Shown here piece after piece: positions 1 to 14,459 of a stretch of 64,000 nucleotides of DNA. This DNA is from the human T2T-CHM13v2.0 reference genome, Homo sapiens. The notes below the pieces were generated by a model. The model saw only the letters and a program-made list of their open reading frames with translations, was not told the origin of the DNA and ran no database searches. Where the stretch lies: assembly GCF_009914755.1 (NCBI RefSeq), contig NC_060927.1; one strand, written 5' to 3'. Position 1 is the stretch's first letter; the number at the start of each line of letters is the position of its first letter. A program made the position numbers and the translations under genes.

Positions 1-1610
1 AAAGAACTTTACAAATCAATAATAAAAGACAAGCAACCTGTTAAAAATGGGCAAACGATCTGGATAGACATTCCTCCAAAGAAGAGATACAAATGGCCAG
101 TAAGCACTTGAAAAGATGCTCAACATCATTAGCCATCAGAGGAATACAAATCAAAACCACAAGGTAACACTTTATACCCACTAAGATGGCTATTTAAAAA
201 ACGACAGACAATAACAGGTGTTGGAGAGGATATGGAGAATACAGAATCCTCATACATTGCTAGTGGGAATATAAAACAGAGTAGACACTTTGGAAAACAA
301 TCTGGCAGCTTCTTAAATGTTAAACATAGAGTTACTATATGACCCATCAAATCCATTCCTGGGTATATACCCAAGAGAAATGAAAACATATGCCCACAAA
401 AATCCTGTATACAGATTTTCATGGCACCATGGTTCATAAAAGCCAAAAAAGTAGAAGCAACCCAAATGTCCATCAATGATTAGTGGATAAATGAAAGGTA
501 GTACATCCATACAATGGAATATTATTCAGCAAAATCAATAAAGAACTGATTCATGCTACAACGTGGATGAACATTGAAAACATGCTAAACAAAAAAAGCC
601 AGTCACAGGAGACCACATATCATATGATTCTGTTTATATGAAATATCCAGAATAGGCAAAACATGCTAAACAAAAAAAGCCAGTCACAGGAGACCACATA
701 TCGTATGATTCTGTTTATATGAAATATCCAGAATAGGCAAAACATGATAAACAAAAAAAGCCAGTCACAGGAGACCACATATCATATGATTCTGTTTATA
801 TGAAATATCCAGAATAGGCAAAACATGATAAACAAAAAAAGCCAGTCACAGGAGACCACATATCATATGATTCTGTTTATATGAAATATCCAGAATAGGC
901 AAAACATGATAAACAAAAAAAGCCAGTCACAGGAGACCACATATCATATGATTCTGTTTATATGAAATATCCAGAATAGGCAAAACATGATAAACAAAAA
1001 AAGCCAGTCACAGGAGACCACATATCATATGATTCTGTTTATATGAAATATCCAGAATAGGCAAAACATGATAAACAAAAAAAGCCAGTCACAGGAGACC
1101 ACATATCATATGATTCTGTTTATATGAAATATCCAGAATAGGCAAAACATGATAAACAAAAAAAGCCAGTCACAGGAGACCACATATCATATGATTCTGT
1201 TTATATGAAATATCCAGAATAGGCAAAACATGATAAACAAAAAAAGCCAGTCACAGGAGACCACATATCGTATGATTCTGTTTATATGAAATATCCAGAA
1301 TAGGCAAAACATGATAAACAAAAAAAGCCAGTCACAGGAGACCACATATTGTATGATTCTGTTTATATGAAATATCCAGAATAGGCAAATCTATAGAGAC
1401 AGAAAGTAGATTAGTAGGTGCTTAGGATAGCAGAAGGTGATGGAGGATTACTGCTACAGGATACAAGGTTTCTTTTTGGGGTGATAAAATGTTCTAAAAT
1501 TTACTGTGATAATGGTTGCACAACTCTGAGAATATACTCATATACCATTGAATTGCACACTTTAAATGAATGAATTGTATGGTATTTAAATTACATCTCC
1601 AAAAGGCTAT
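1..1610 (+). mobile_element. Old L1M (L1MB-like) 3' end
   Basis: ORF2 C-terminal remnant and the typical L1MB 3'UTR (ATAGGCAAATCTATAGAGACAGAAAGTAGATTAG). Confidence 0.85.
578..1389 (+). repeat. Tandem array of 10 x 81-bp units inside the L1
   Basis: GCCAGTCACAGG recurs at 598, 679, 760, 841, 922, 1003, 1084, 1165, 1246 and 1327. Confidence 0.97.
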
Positions 1611-2060
1611 TTTTTTTTTTTAAAGTCAGACAGTAATCTCAGTCCAGACAAGAAGGGGAGCTTGAGTCCTTTATTTTATTGCCTTTCTTGGCCCATTCCA
1701 TTTAAAAGTGGCTGAGGATCTGTTAGCCATTTACAGGTATAAGGGTGAGAGGAGGGTACTTAAATGCGGACTGCCATTTACCCAGATCGTGATTCTAGCA
1801 GTTCCAAAATACCTCACATATGTGAGGCCTGTCTTACATGAGGTTTTCCTAACAGTCAATCACCATTCTTTCCATCACTGCCCATCTCTACCTCTTTACT
1901 TATTGCTAGTAACTCAGATCTGCACTCAGGGTACAGGTTGTGGTACGAGGGACACAGAAAAGGAGCACTTAGGACATATATGTGTATTTATTTGTAAGCA
2001 TTTATAAAAATTAAAACACCATTGGGAAATGGTTAAATAAATTCTGGTATAGCCATATGA

Positions 2061-2387
<327 letters not shown>

Positions 2388-2409
2388 TATAATGATATTT
2401 TTAAAGAAT

Positions 2410-3584
<1,175 letters not shown>

Positions 3585-4130
3585 ATGTACTTTTTTTTAA
3601 AGGACATTTTTCAAAGGAAAAAGAATCTGTAAGAAAAAATTACATACAAAAAAAGACTAGAATGAAATAGAATGTTAATAGTGGTTATTTCTGAACTGTG
3701 AGTTTATGATGATTTTAGTTTACATCTGTATACTTTCTTATGTTCTCTAGTTTAGTAGAATGAATATTATTTTCATCATTAGAAAAATATATTAATTACA
3801 AAAATGCCACCATTATATATACTGTGATACACAGTGGTATCACAGACCTCATCTGACATGTCTAACAGCCTAAATTAAACCTATTTCCAGAAATTTCCCC
3901 ATATTTACTAGTTTTGTGCTATTTTCCAATAGAAATTTGTCTTATTAGGTACTGATAATTATAAGGGACCATGAAACAGAAATCTTTGAGTTATCAAAGA
4001 AGTATTTAAATGTATACTTAGAAGTGACAGCCAACATATTTAATACTCATACTGCATGAGCACTGCATCAGTGAAACCTGATATGGGTCATAGTACTGGA
4101 GGTAGAGTCTCGGGGCTCTCTATTGACTCA

Positions 4131-4295
4131 GGAGTTCCCCTGTAGCTGATGGATCAGAGAGAGGCCCTAGGGCTAAGGTTAAGGGAAACAAGATCATAGA
4201 GAGGCCCTAGGGCTAAGGTTAAGGGAAACAAGGAGTTCCCCTGTAGTTGATGGATCATAGAGAGGCCCTAGGGCTAAGGTTAAGGGAAACAAGGG
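4131..4295 (+). repeat. Compound tandem repeat (A-B-B-A-B)
   Basis: GATCA(G/T)AGAGAGGCCCTAGGGCTAAGGTTAAGGGAAACAA x3 and GGAGTTCCCCTGTAG(C/T)TGATG x2. Confidence 0.9.
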
Positions 4296-4438
4296 AAACT
4301 AGGGCTCAGAGTAGCAGGTGTTTACTTACCAGAATGGAAGTGAAGTATTTGAACATTTTAACAATTAGTACCACTGTACTGGCACGTAACAGCTGAAGTC
4401 GTTAACCAGTAAGCTAACCATTCAAAATTATCACCTCT

Positions 4439-5053
<615 letters not shown>

Positions 5054-5721
5054 TTATATAACAGTAAGTTACCTGATACTCTTTAAAAAATTAATTTGTT
5101 TTATTTATTTCTTAATTTTTTTTAGAGTTCCTGATGACTAAAGTCTCAGACCTCTTTGGGCCCTTACACTTCATCCTTGGCTGAAAACAAGTATATTGGA
5201 GAATGTAGAATGCTATGAGAGAAAATCCTTGAATCTTTACCAGGAATTCTGTAATTTTCTAAAATCTATCTTTCCATATAATAAGTAGTAAGTCTATATT
5301 TAAAAAAATTAAAAATCTCAGAAAAGGGGAATAGGGACTCTCCTCCAAAGATCATTATTCTGAGATTGAGTCAGCCCCTCTCATTTTTGTATGTGTGATA
5401 CTGTTAATCAAGCCTATTCACAGCAACTTAGCTCCATATCTTTGTTAAGGGCATGAGTCATCACAATATAAAATATCAGGGTAACATGTATACATATTTA
5501 TGAGTTATATGTTAATCAAGCAGCTTAGAATTATGTTTTTGTAATAGATTTTTATCTTCAATAAAAATAATATTTATTGCTTTTCCTGATTATAAAAATA
5601 ACATGTATTATGGAAAATTTGAAAACCACGCAAAATTAAAAAGAACATGAAGATCACCCTAAATATCACTATATAGCCATAATTTAATATTTTGAGGAGT
5701 TCTTAGTTTTTTTCCACATGT

Positions 5722-6012
5722 GTGAGCGAGCATTACAACCTGAGCTCTGCCTTCTGTCAGATCAGTAGCGGCATTAGATTCTCACAGGAGCGTGAACCCT
5801 ATTGTGAACTGCACAAGTGAGGGATCTAGGTTGCGCTCTCCTTATGAGAATCTAATGCCTGATGATCTGAGGTGGAACAGTTTCATCCCAAAACAATCCC
5901 TGCCCCCCCACCCTCCCAGGCCTGCACCCCCACCCACTACCCCTGTCCATGGAAAAACTGTCTTCCATGAAACCAGTCCCTGGTACCAAAAAGGTTGAGG
6001 ACAGCTGATTTA
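5722..6012. mobile_element. MER1-type hAT-Charlie DNA transposon fragment
   Basis: GCGGCATTAGATTCTCACAGGAGCGTGAACCCTATTGTGAACTGC and the end CCAAAAAGGTTGAGGACAGCTG. Confidence 0.8.
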
Positions 6013-6699
6013 GAGCATACCATAAAATCATTTTTATATTTTCCTGTTTTCATATAACATTATACATAGTAAGCTTTTTCCTACAGCATTATCTATTCTT
6101 TGAAAACACTAAGCTTGGTACAAGTTTTAAAAATTAATTATTTTATATCTAGCCTATTCATCTTTTTTTCCCTTTTTGCTACCTGTTCCTCATCTAGCAT
6201 CAATCCAGGAGTTAAGCTTTTTTCTCACCAATTCATTATATTTCACTCTCTAGTCCAGTGTTTTGTTTCGTGTTTTCAATTCCTTTTGGTTCTAGAGAAA
6301 CAAGATCAATTTCAATCCAAGTCTCAAGCCTATCATTCCTGTAGCTTTAGATTGAGATAGTTTTTTAGATAATAACAGAAATGAACAATTATTGGATAAA
6401 TGCATCAAGCACTGTGCTAAGCAGTTTCATATACTGTGTCATTTAATTTTCATAACACCTAAGTTAAGCAGCATAACAATTCCCATTTTACAGGTAAGGA
6501 AGTTAATGCTTTGAGACAAGTGACTACTTCAGACATATGACTAATAACTGGTAGAATAGGGATTTAAACTTAGGCAATTTGACTACAAACCCCACATTCT
6601 TAAAAGCTATACTATATTCTTCTACTTACAGCATAAGGTTAGTATGATTATTATCCCAGTTTCTGAAAAACCAAAGCACAAACAGTGTAGTGATTTCAC

Positions 6700-9600
6700 T
6701 TTTTAATTATTTCCAGCACATCAAAATCTAATTAATATTGGGATATTGATTTTTATACCCAGCAAAACTGCTAAATTTTCTTATTAATTCTAACAATTTT
6801 TTAATAGATTATTTTGATTTTTCTACAAACATTATTGTATCTTCTGAATAATGAAGTTTTGTTTCTTCTTTTTCATTCCTTATATCTTTTGTTTCTTTTA
6901 CTAGCTTTACTGGTTTATCAAGAACCTTGAATACAATGTCAAAAGAAATAGTGAGAGCAGTCAGCTTTGTCTTGTTCCTTTCTCATAAGGAAAGCTTTCA
7001 ATTCGCCATTTTGTTTGTTTCCTGTAGATTTTTCAAAATGGATACCTTTTGCCTGATTAAGGCATTTTCTTTTTGTACCTCATTTACTAAGAATGTTTCT
7101 TCTTAATGCACGTCAAATGTTATAGAATGCTTTTTCTACATCTCGACATAATCATATAATTTTTCTTTTTAATCTTTTAATGGGATGAATTTCATTAATC
7201 TAGTGTTCAACCAATCTGATATTCCTAGGACAAAAGTGATATATTATGCTTTTTATATGTTGTTAGATTCAGCTTCACAGTACACTAAGATTATTTAAAA
7301 TTATTTTTATAGATTCGGGGGGTACATGTACAGGTTTGTTACACAGATATATTGCATAATGGTGAAGTCTGGGTTTTTGGTGTGCCTATCACCCAAACGG
7401 TGAACATTGTACCACTTGGTAACTTTTCAACCCTCACCCCAACCTCCTTGCCCTTTTGAAGGTCCCTATGTCTATTACTTCCCTCTGTATGTCCATGTGT
7501 TCCCATTGTTTAGCTCCCCCTTTTTTTCCCTGACAATTATTCCTTCATAATAGCTCCCACTTATAAGTGAGAATATGCGGTATTTGATTTTCTATTTCTG
7601 AGTTATTTTACTTAGGATAATGGCCTAAGGAAAGACGTAATTTCATTCTTTTTTATGGTTGTGTAGTATACTATGGTTTTCTTTATCTAATCAACCATTG
7701 ATAGACCCTTAGGTTGATTCCATGACTTTGCTATCATTAACAGTGCTGTGATAAACATATGAGTACAGGTATCTTTTGATATAATAATATATTTTCCTTT
7801 GGACGGATCCCCAGTAGTTGGATTGCTGGGTCAAATGATAGCTCTGTTTTTAATTCTTTGAGAAATCTCCATACTGTTTTTCCATAAAGGTTGTACTAAT
7901 TTCCATTCCAAATAACAGTGTATAAGCATTCCCTTTTCTCTGCATCCTTGCCAACATGTTGTTGTTTTACTTTTTAATAATAGTCACTCTAAGTGGTGTG
8001 AGATATCTCATTGCAGTTTTGATTTACATTTCTCTGATGATTAGTGATGTTGAGAATTTTTTCATATGTTTATTGGCCACTTGTATGTCTCCTTTTGGCA
8101 AATGTATATGTCCTATGTGTACTTCAAAAAAAATTTTTAAGTATATATAACCAAAAGACAATGTCCACTTTTTAATGGAGTTAATTGGTTTTTCCTTGTT
8201 GAGTTGTTTGAGTTCCTTATAGATTCCAGATATTAGTCCTTTGTCGGATGCACAGTTTGCAAATATTTTCTCCCATTCTGTAGGTTGTCTGTTTACTCTG
8301 CTGATTATTTCTTTTGCTGTGCAGAAGCTCTTAATTAAGTCCCATTCATCTATTTTTGTTTTTGTTGCATTTGAGGTCTTAGTCAAAAGTTATTTGCCTA
8401 GGCCAACGTCCAAAAGAGATTTCCTAAATATTCATCCAGGAATTTTTATGATTTTAGATCTTACACATAAGTCTTTAATCCATCCTCAATTAATTTTTGT
8501 ATATGGTGAAAGATAGGGGTCCAGCTTCATTCTTCTGCATATGGCTCTCCAATTTTCCCAGCACCATTTATTGAACAGCATATCCTTTCCCATTGCATAT
8601 TTTTGTTGACTTTATTGAAGATCAGTTGGTGTAGGTATGCGGTTTTATTTCTGGGTTCTCTATTCTGTTCCACTGGTCTATGTGTCTATTTTTGTATCAG
8701 TACCATGCTGGTTTGGTTACCATAGCCTTATAATATAATATGAAGTCAGGTAATGTGTTGCCCCCAGCTTTGTTCTTTTTCTTAGGATTGCTTTGGCTAT
8801 TTGAGCTCTTTTTTGTTTCCATATTAATTTTAGGATTGTTTTTTCTAATTCCATGAAAAATGACATTGGTAATTTGATAGGAATTGCATTGAATCTGTAT
8901 ATTGTTTTGGGCAGTATGTCCATTTTAACAATATTGATTCTTTCAATCCATGAGCATGGATGTTTTTCCATTTGTCTGTGTCATCTATCATTTATTTCAT
9001 CAGTGTTTTGTAGTACCCCTTGTAGAGATCTTTCACCTCATTGGTTAAATGTATTCCTAGGTATTTTATTTTTTTGTGGCTATTGTAAATGGGACTGAGT
9101 TTTTGATTTGGTTCTCAGCTTGAACGTTATTGGTGTATAGAATGCTACTGATTTTTGTACATTCATTTTGTATCCTGAAACTTACTGAAGTCATTTATCA
9201 AGTGTAAGAGTCTTTTGGAAGAGTCGTTAGGATTTTCTAAGTATAAGACCATGTTATCAATGAACACAGGAAATCTGACTTCCTCTTTTCCAATTTGGAT
9301 GCCTTTTATTTCTTTCTGTTGCCTGATTGCTCTGGCTAGGACTTCCAGTACTATGTTGACTAGGAGTGGTGAGAGTGGGCATCCTTGTCTTGTTCCAGTT
9401 TTCAGGAGTAATGTTTTCACCTGTTCCTCATTCAGTATGATGTTGGCTGTGGTTTTGTTGTATATAGCTTTTATTATTTTGAGGTATTTTTTGATGTCTA
9501 GTTTGTTGAGGGGTTTTATCATGAAGGGATGTTGGATTTTACCAAATGCTTTTTCTGCATCTATTGAGGTGATCATGGATTTTGTTTTTTAATTCTGTTT

Positions 9601-12600
9601 ATCTGGTGAATCACAGTTACTGAAGCATCCTAGAAACCCTGCAATAAAGCCCATCTAATATTGATGTAATATCTTTTTGAAGTGCTATTGGATTTAGTTT
9701 GACAGTATTTTGCTGATGATTTTAGCATTTATGTTCATCAGTTATATTGGCCTTTAGTTTTTTTTTTTTTTTTTTCTTGTGTCCTTGCCTGATTTTGGTA
9801 TCAAGGTGGTACTGCTTTCATAGAATGATTTAGGGAGGAATCTTTCCTCCTTGATTTTTCAGAATAGTTTCAGGAAGATTGGTACCAGCTCTTCTTTGCA
9901 CATCTGGTAAAATTTGGCTGTGAATCTATCTGGTCTTGGGTTTTTTTGGTCAAAAAATTTTTTATTACTGATTCAATCTCATAACTCAGTATTGGTCTGT
10001 TCAGGATTTCTATTTCTTCCTGATTCAGTCTTGGGAGGTTGTATGTTTACAGGAATTTATCCATTTTTTTTTTTAGGTATTCTAGTTTATGCATGTAGAG
10101 ATGTGCACAGTAGTCTCTGAGCATCTTTTGTCTTTTTGTGGAATCAGCTGTACTGTCACCTTTATAATTTCTAATTGTGTTTATTTGAAACTTCTCTCTT
10201 TTTGATTAGTTTAGCTAGCAGTATATAAATTTTTCTCTTTTCAAAGAACCAACTTTTCATCTCATTTATCCTTTGTATCTTCTTATACTATATTACGAAC
10301 TTATATTTGTAATATTTTCATAAGTATATTTCTTTTTTCTGTTTTTATTTTTATTTTTCCATAGGTTATTGGGGTACAGGTGGTGTTTGGTTACATAAGT
10401 AACTTCTTTAGTGGTGATCTGTGAGATTTTGGTGCACCCATCACCCAAGCAGTATATACTGCACTGTATTTGTAGTCTTTTATCCCTTGCCCCACTCCCA
10501 CCCTTCCCCCCCAAATCCCCAAAGTCCATTGTATCATTCTTATGCCTTTGCATCCTCATAGCTTAGCTCCCACATATCAGTGAGAACGTACAATATTTGG
10601 TTTTCCATTCCTGAGTTACTTTACTTAGAATAATAGTCTCCAATCTCATCCAGATTGCTGCGAATGCTGTTAATTCATTCCTTTTTATGGCTGAGTAGTA
10701 TTCCATCGTATAAAAATACCACAGTTTGTTTATCCACTCGTTGATTGATGGGCATTTGGGTTGGTTCCACAATTTTGCAACTGCAAATTGTGTTGCTGTA
10801 AATGTGTGTGCAAGTATCTTTTTCGTATGACTTTTTTCCTCTGCATAGATACCAAGTAGTAGGATTGCTGGATCAAATGGTAGTTCTACTTTTAGCTCTT
10901 TAAGGAATCTCCACACTGTTTTCCATAGTAGTTGTACTAGTTTACATTCCCACCAGCAATGTACAAGTGTTTCCTTTTCATCGCATCCACATCAACATCT
11001 ACTGTTTTTTGATTTTTTGATTATGACCATTCTTGCGGGAGTAAGGTGGTATCACATTGTGGTTTTGATTTGCATTTCCCTGATCATTAGTGATGTTGAG
11101 CATTTTTTCATATGCTTGTTGGCCAATTGTGTATATTCTTTTGAGAATTGTCTATTCATGTCCTTAGCCCACTTTTTAATGGGATTTTTTTTTCTTGTTG
11201 ATATGTTTGAGTTTGTTGTAGAGTCTGGGTATTAGTCCTTTGTTAGATGTATAGATGGTGAAGATTTTCCCCCACTCTGTGGGTTGTCTGTTTACTCTGC
11301 TGACTGTTCCTTTTGCTGTGCAAAAGCTCTTTAGTTTAATTAACTCCCAACTATTTATCTTTGTTTTTATTGCATTTGCTTTTGGGTTCTTGGTCATGAA
11401 ATGCTTGCCTAAGCCAATGTCTAGAAGGGTTTTTCCAATGTTGTCTTCTAGAATTTTTATAGTTTCAGGTTTTATATTTAAGTCCTTGATCCATCTTGAG
11501 TTATTTTTGTATAAAGTGAGAGATGAGGATCCAATTTCATTCTCCTACATGTGGCTAACCAATTATCCCAGCTGTGTCCAAGCAGAGAATCAAATCAATA
11601 ACTCATCCCCTTTTAAAATAGCTGCAAAAAAATAAAATAAACTATTTAGGAAGCAAAAGATCTCTACAAGGAAAACAACAAAACACTGCTGAAAGAAACC
11701 TTAGATGATGTTAACAAATGGAAACACATCCCATGCTCATGGATGGGTAGAATCAATATTGTGAAAATGACCACGCTGCCAAAAGCAATCTACAAATTCA
11801 ATGCAACCCCCATCAAAATACCACCATTATTCTTCACAGAATTAGAAAAAGAATTCTAAAATTCATATGGAACCAAAAAAAGAGCCTGCATAGCCAAAGC
11901 AAGACTAAGCAAAAAGAACAAATCTGGAGGCATCACACTACCTGATTTCAAACTATACTATAAGGCCATAGTCACCAAAACAGCATGGTACTAGTATAAA
12001 AATAGGCACATAGACCAATGGAACAGAAGAGAGAACCCAAAAAATAAACCCAAATACCTACAGCCAACTGATCTTTGACAAAGCAAACAAAAACAAAGTG
12101 GGGAAAGGACACTCTTTTCAACTTTCACTGGAGTCATGTACCTAAAAGGATTATGGCTGCCTCTGCCGAGTCATGCAGGTTGTAAGGAAAGTGGGGGAAA
12201 GCTGGCAGACTCAGGCCTCACCCAGCTCCCACACAATCCAAAGGGCTGGTCTCACTCCCCATCTAACAGCACTGAGTCTGTTTCCAGGCAGTGGGCAAGC
12301 AGGGCTAAGAACTTGCCCCAGGCTACCCACCTCCCAGCTGCATAAGGGCTTTAGTTCTTCCCCTGCCTGTGAAGTCTGCACTCCAGATTCCCACCCTCCC
12401 CCGAGTTCTGGCCAGGAGGCTTCTAGACTGGTTCAAATTGTTACAAAGTTCAGCTGCAGACTTTCGTCTCCCTGTGGTGTTTTCCCCATGCCTCTGGCCA
12501 CCCTCTCGAAGGATCTCTGTGATGCTAGGCAGGAATGGCCTGCTTGGGGACCCAGCAAGCTCCCAGGGCCTTTCCTGCTGCTTCCTCCACCCATGTATTT

Positions 12601-14070
12601 CACATGGCTCTCTAAATTGACTCATCTCCAGGTAAGGTCAGAATCTTCTCCCACAAACTAGACCTCCAGTTTCCCCAGTGGGGGTGTGTGTTCCAGAATG
12701 GAGGATCTCCCTCTCCCATTTCCGCAGTTTGGGCACTCACAGTATTTGGGATGTCTCCTGTGTCCTGCAGGAGCAGTCTGCTTCCTTCAGAGGGTCTGTG
12801 GGTCCTCTTGGGATTCCTGATTTATTCCAGTAGTCATTCTGGAGCTAAAATTCACGACGTGAGCCTCTGCATGCTGCTCTGTCCATCCAAGTCAGAGCTG
12901 CAATCTAGTCTGTGTCCCATCCACCATGATGATCCTTAATCCTCATTATTATTTTTTTGTCTTAATCTCATTTAGTTCTGCTCAGATCTTTGTTATTTCT
13001 TTTCTTCTGCTAGCTCTGGGTTTGGTTTTTTTCTTGTTTTTCTAGTTCCTTGAGGTGCAACATTAGGTTGTGACTTTAAGATCTTTCTATATTTTAAAAA
13101 AATTTCTGCCTTGATTTCCTCATTTACCTAATGAACATTCAGGAGCAAGTTGTTTAGTTCCCATGTATTTGTAGAGTTTTGAGAGTTCCTCTTGCTACTG
13201 ATTTCTACTTTTATTCCACTATAATATGAAACGATACTTGATATGATTTAGATTTTTTTGAATTTGTTGAGATTTGATTTATGGCCAAGCATATGATTTA
13301 TTTTGGAGAACGTTCCATGCACAGAATGTCCCATGCACAAATAGAAAAATGTGTATTTTGCGGTTATTGCATAGAATGTTCTATAAGTGTGTCTATTAGG
13401 TCCATTTGGTCTAAAGTCTAGTTTAAGTCCATAGTTTCTTTGTTGATTTTCTGCCTTAATCATCTGTCTAGTGCTGTCAGCGGGGTTTTGAAGTCCTCCC
13501 TTATTATTGTATAGCTGTCTATCTCTTTTATTAGGTTGAGTAGTATTTGTTTTATAAATCTGAGTTGTCCATTTTGGGATGCATATATATTTAAGACAGC
13601 TATATCTTCTCCTTGTATTGAACCCTTTATCATTATATAATACATTCTTTGTCTTTTTACTGTTGTTGATTTAAAATCTGCTTTATCTGATGTAAATATA
13701 GCTACTACTGCTCATTTTTGTTTTGTGTTTGCACAGTGTATCTTTTTCCACTCCATTGAGTTTGTGGGTGTTTTTACCAAAGGGTGTCACTTGTGGGCAG
13801 AAAACGATCAGGTTTTGTTTTTTAATCCAATTTGCCTGTCTATATGTTTAAGTGGAGGATTTAGGCCATTTATGTTCAGGGTTAATATTGATATATGAGG
13901 GTTTGTTTCCGTCATAATATTGTTACCTAGTTGCTTTGTTGTCTCAATTTACACTACGATTTTTATATCTACATTTATAAATGAAATTAGCCTGTAATTT
14001 TTCTTTTCCATACTGTCCTTGTCAGGTGTTAGTATCAAGGGTATGCTGCCTCAAAAAATGAGTTGGGAAG
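6700..14070 (-). mobile_element. Nested L1 block: old L1M hosting an L1PB/L1MA (7295-13950) with degraded ORF2
   Basis: RT and EN fragments in the ORF track ([42 protein letters not shown]). Confidence 0.88.
10330..12935 (-). mobile_element. Rearranged L1PB: 3' end (10330-11572, -), inverted ORF2 piece (11573-12122, +), 5'UTR (12125-12935, -)
   Basis: Strand switch at ~11572. L1PB-type 5' start GGATCATCATGGTGGATGGGACACAGACTAGATTGCAGC on the minus strand. Confidence 0.75.
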
Positions 14071-14458
14071 TGTACTGAGTTGAATAGTGTTTACCCAGAA
14101 GCTGTGAGTGTGACATTTGGAAAGAAGGTCTTCGCAGATGTTATCAAATTAAGATGAGGTCATGCTGAGTTAGGGTGGGCCTATAGAAGATCAGGAAAAT
14201 TTAGACATGGAGGAAAGAAAGCCATGTGATTAAAGTGAGACTGGAGTGATGCATCCATAGGCCAAGGATTGCTAGAAACCATAAGAAGCTAGAAGAGGCA
14301 AGGAAGGATTCTTCCCTAAAGAAAACAGAAGAAGAATGACCCTGCTGATATCTTGATTACAAACTTCTATCCTCCAGAGCAATGAGAGAATAGATTTCTG
14401 TTGTTTTAAGCCACTTGGTTTGTGGCAATTTGTTATGGTGCTCTAAGAAACTAATAGA
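14071..14458 (+). mobile_element. MLT1 (MaLR) LTR
   Basis: Typical MLT1 ends (TTGTTTTAAGCCAC...GAAACTAATA). Confidence 0.75.
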
Positions 14459-14459
14459 G

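Noticed and set aside
578-1389. Tandem array as a CRISPR or coding repeat (81 nt = 27 codons)
   Set aside because: There are no unique spacers, the unit derives from an L1 3' end, and the ORF track shows no long ORF.
4321-4335. Strong cryptic donor CTG|GTAAGT on the minus strand in intron 3
   Set aside because: No convincing paired acceptor or open frame, and such motifs are common.
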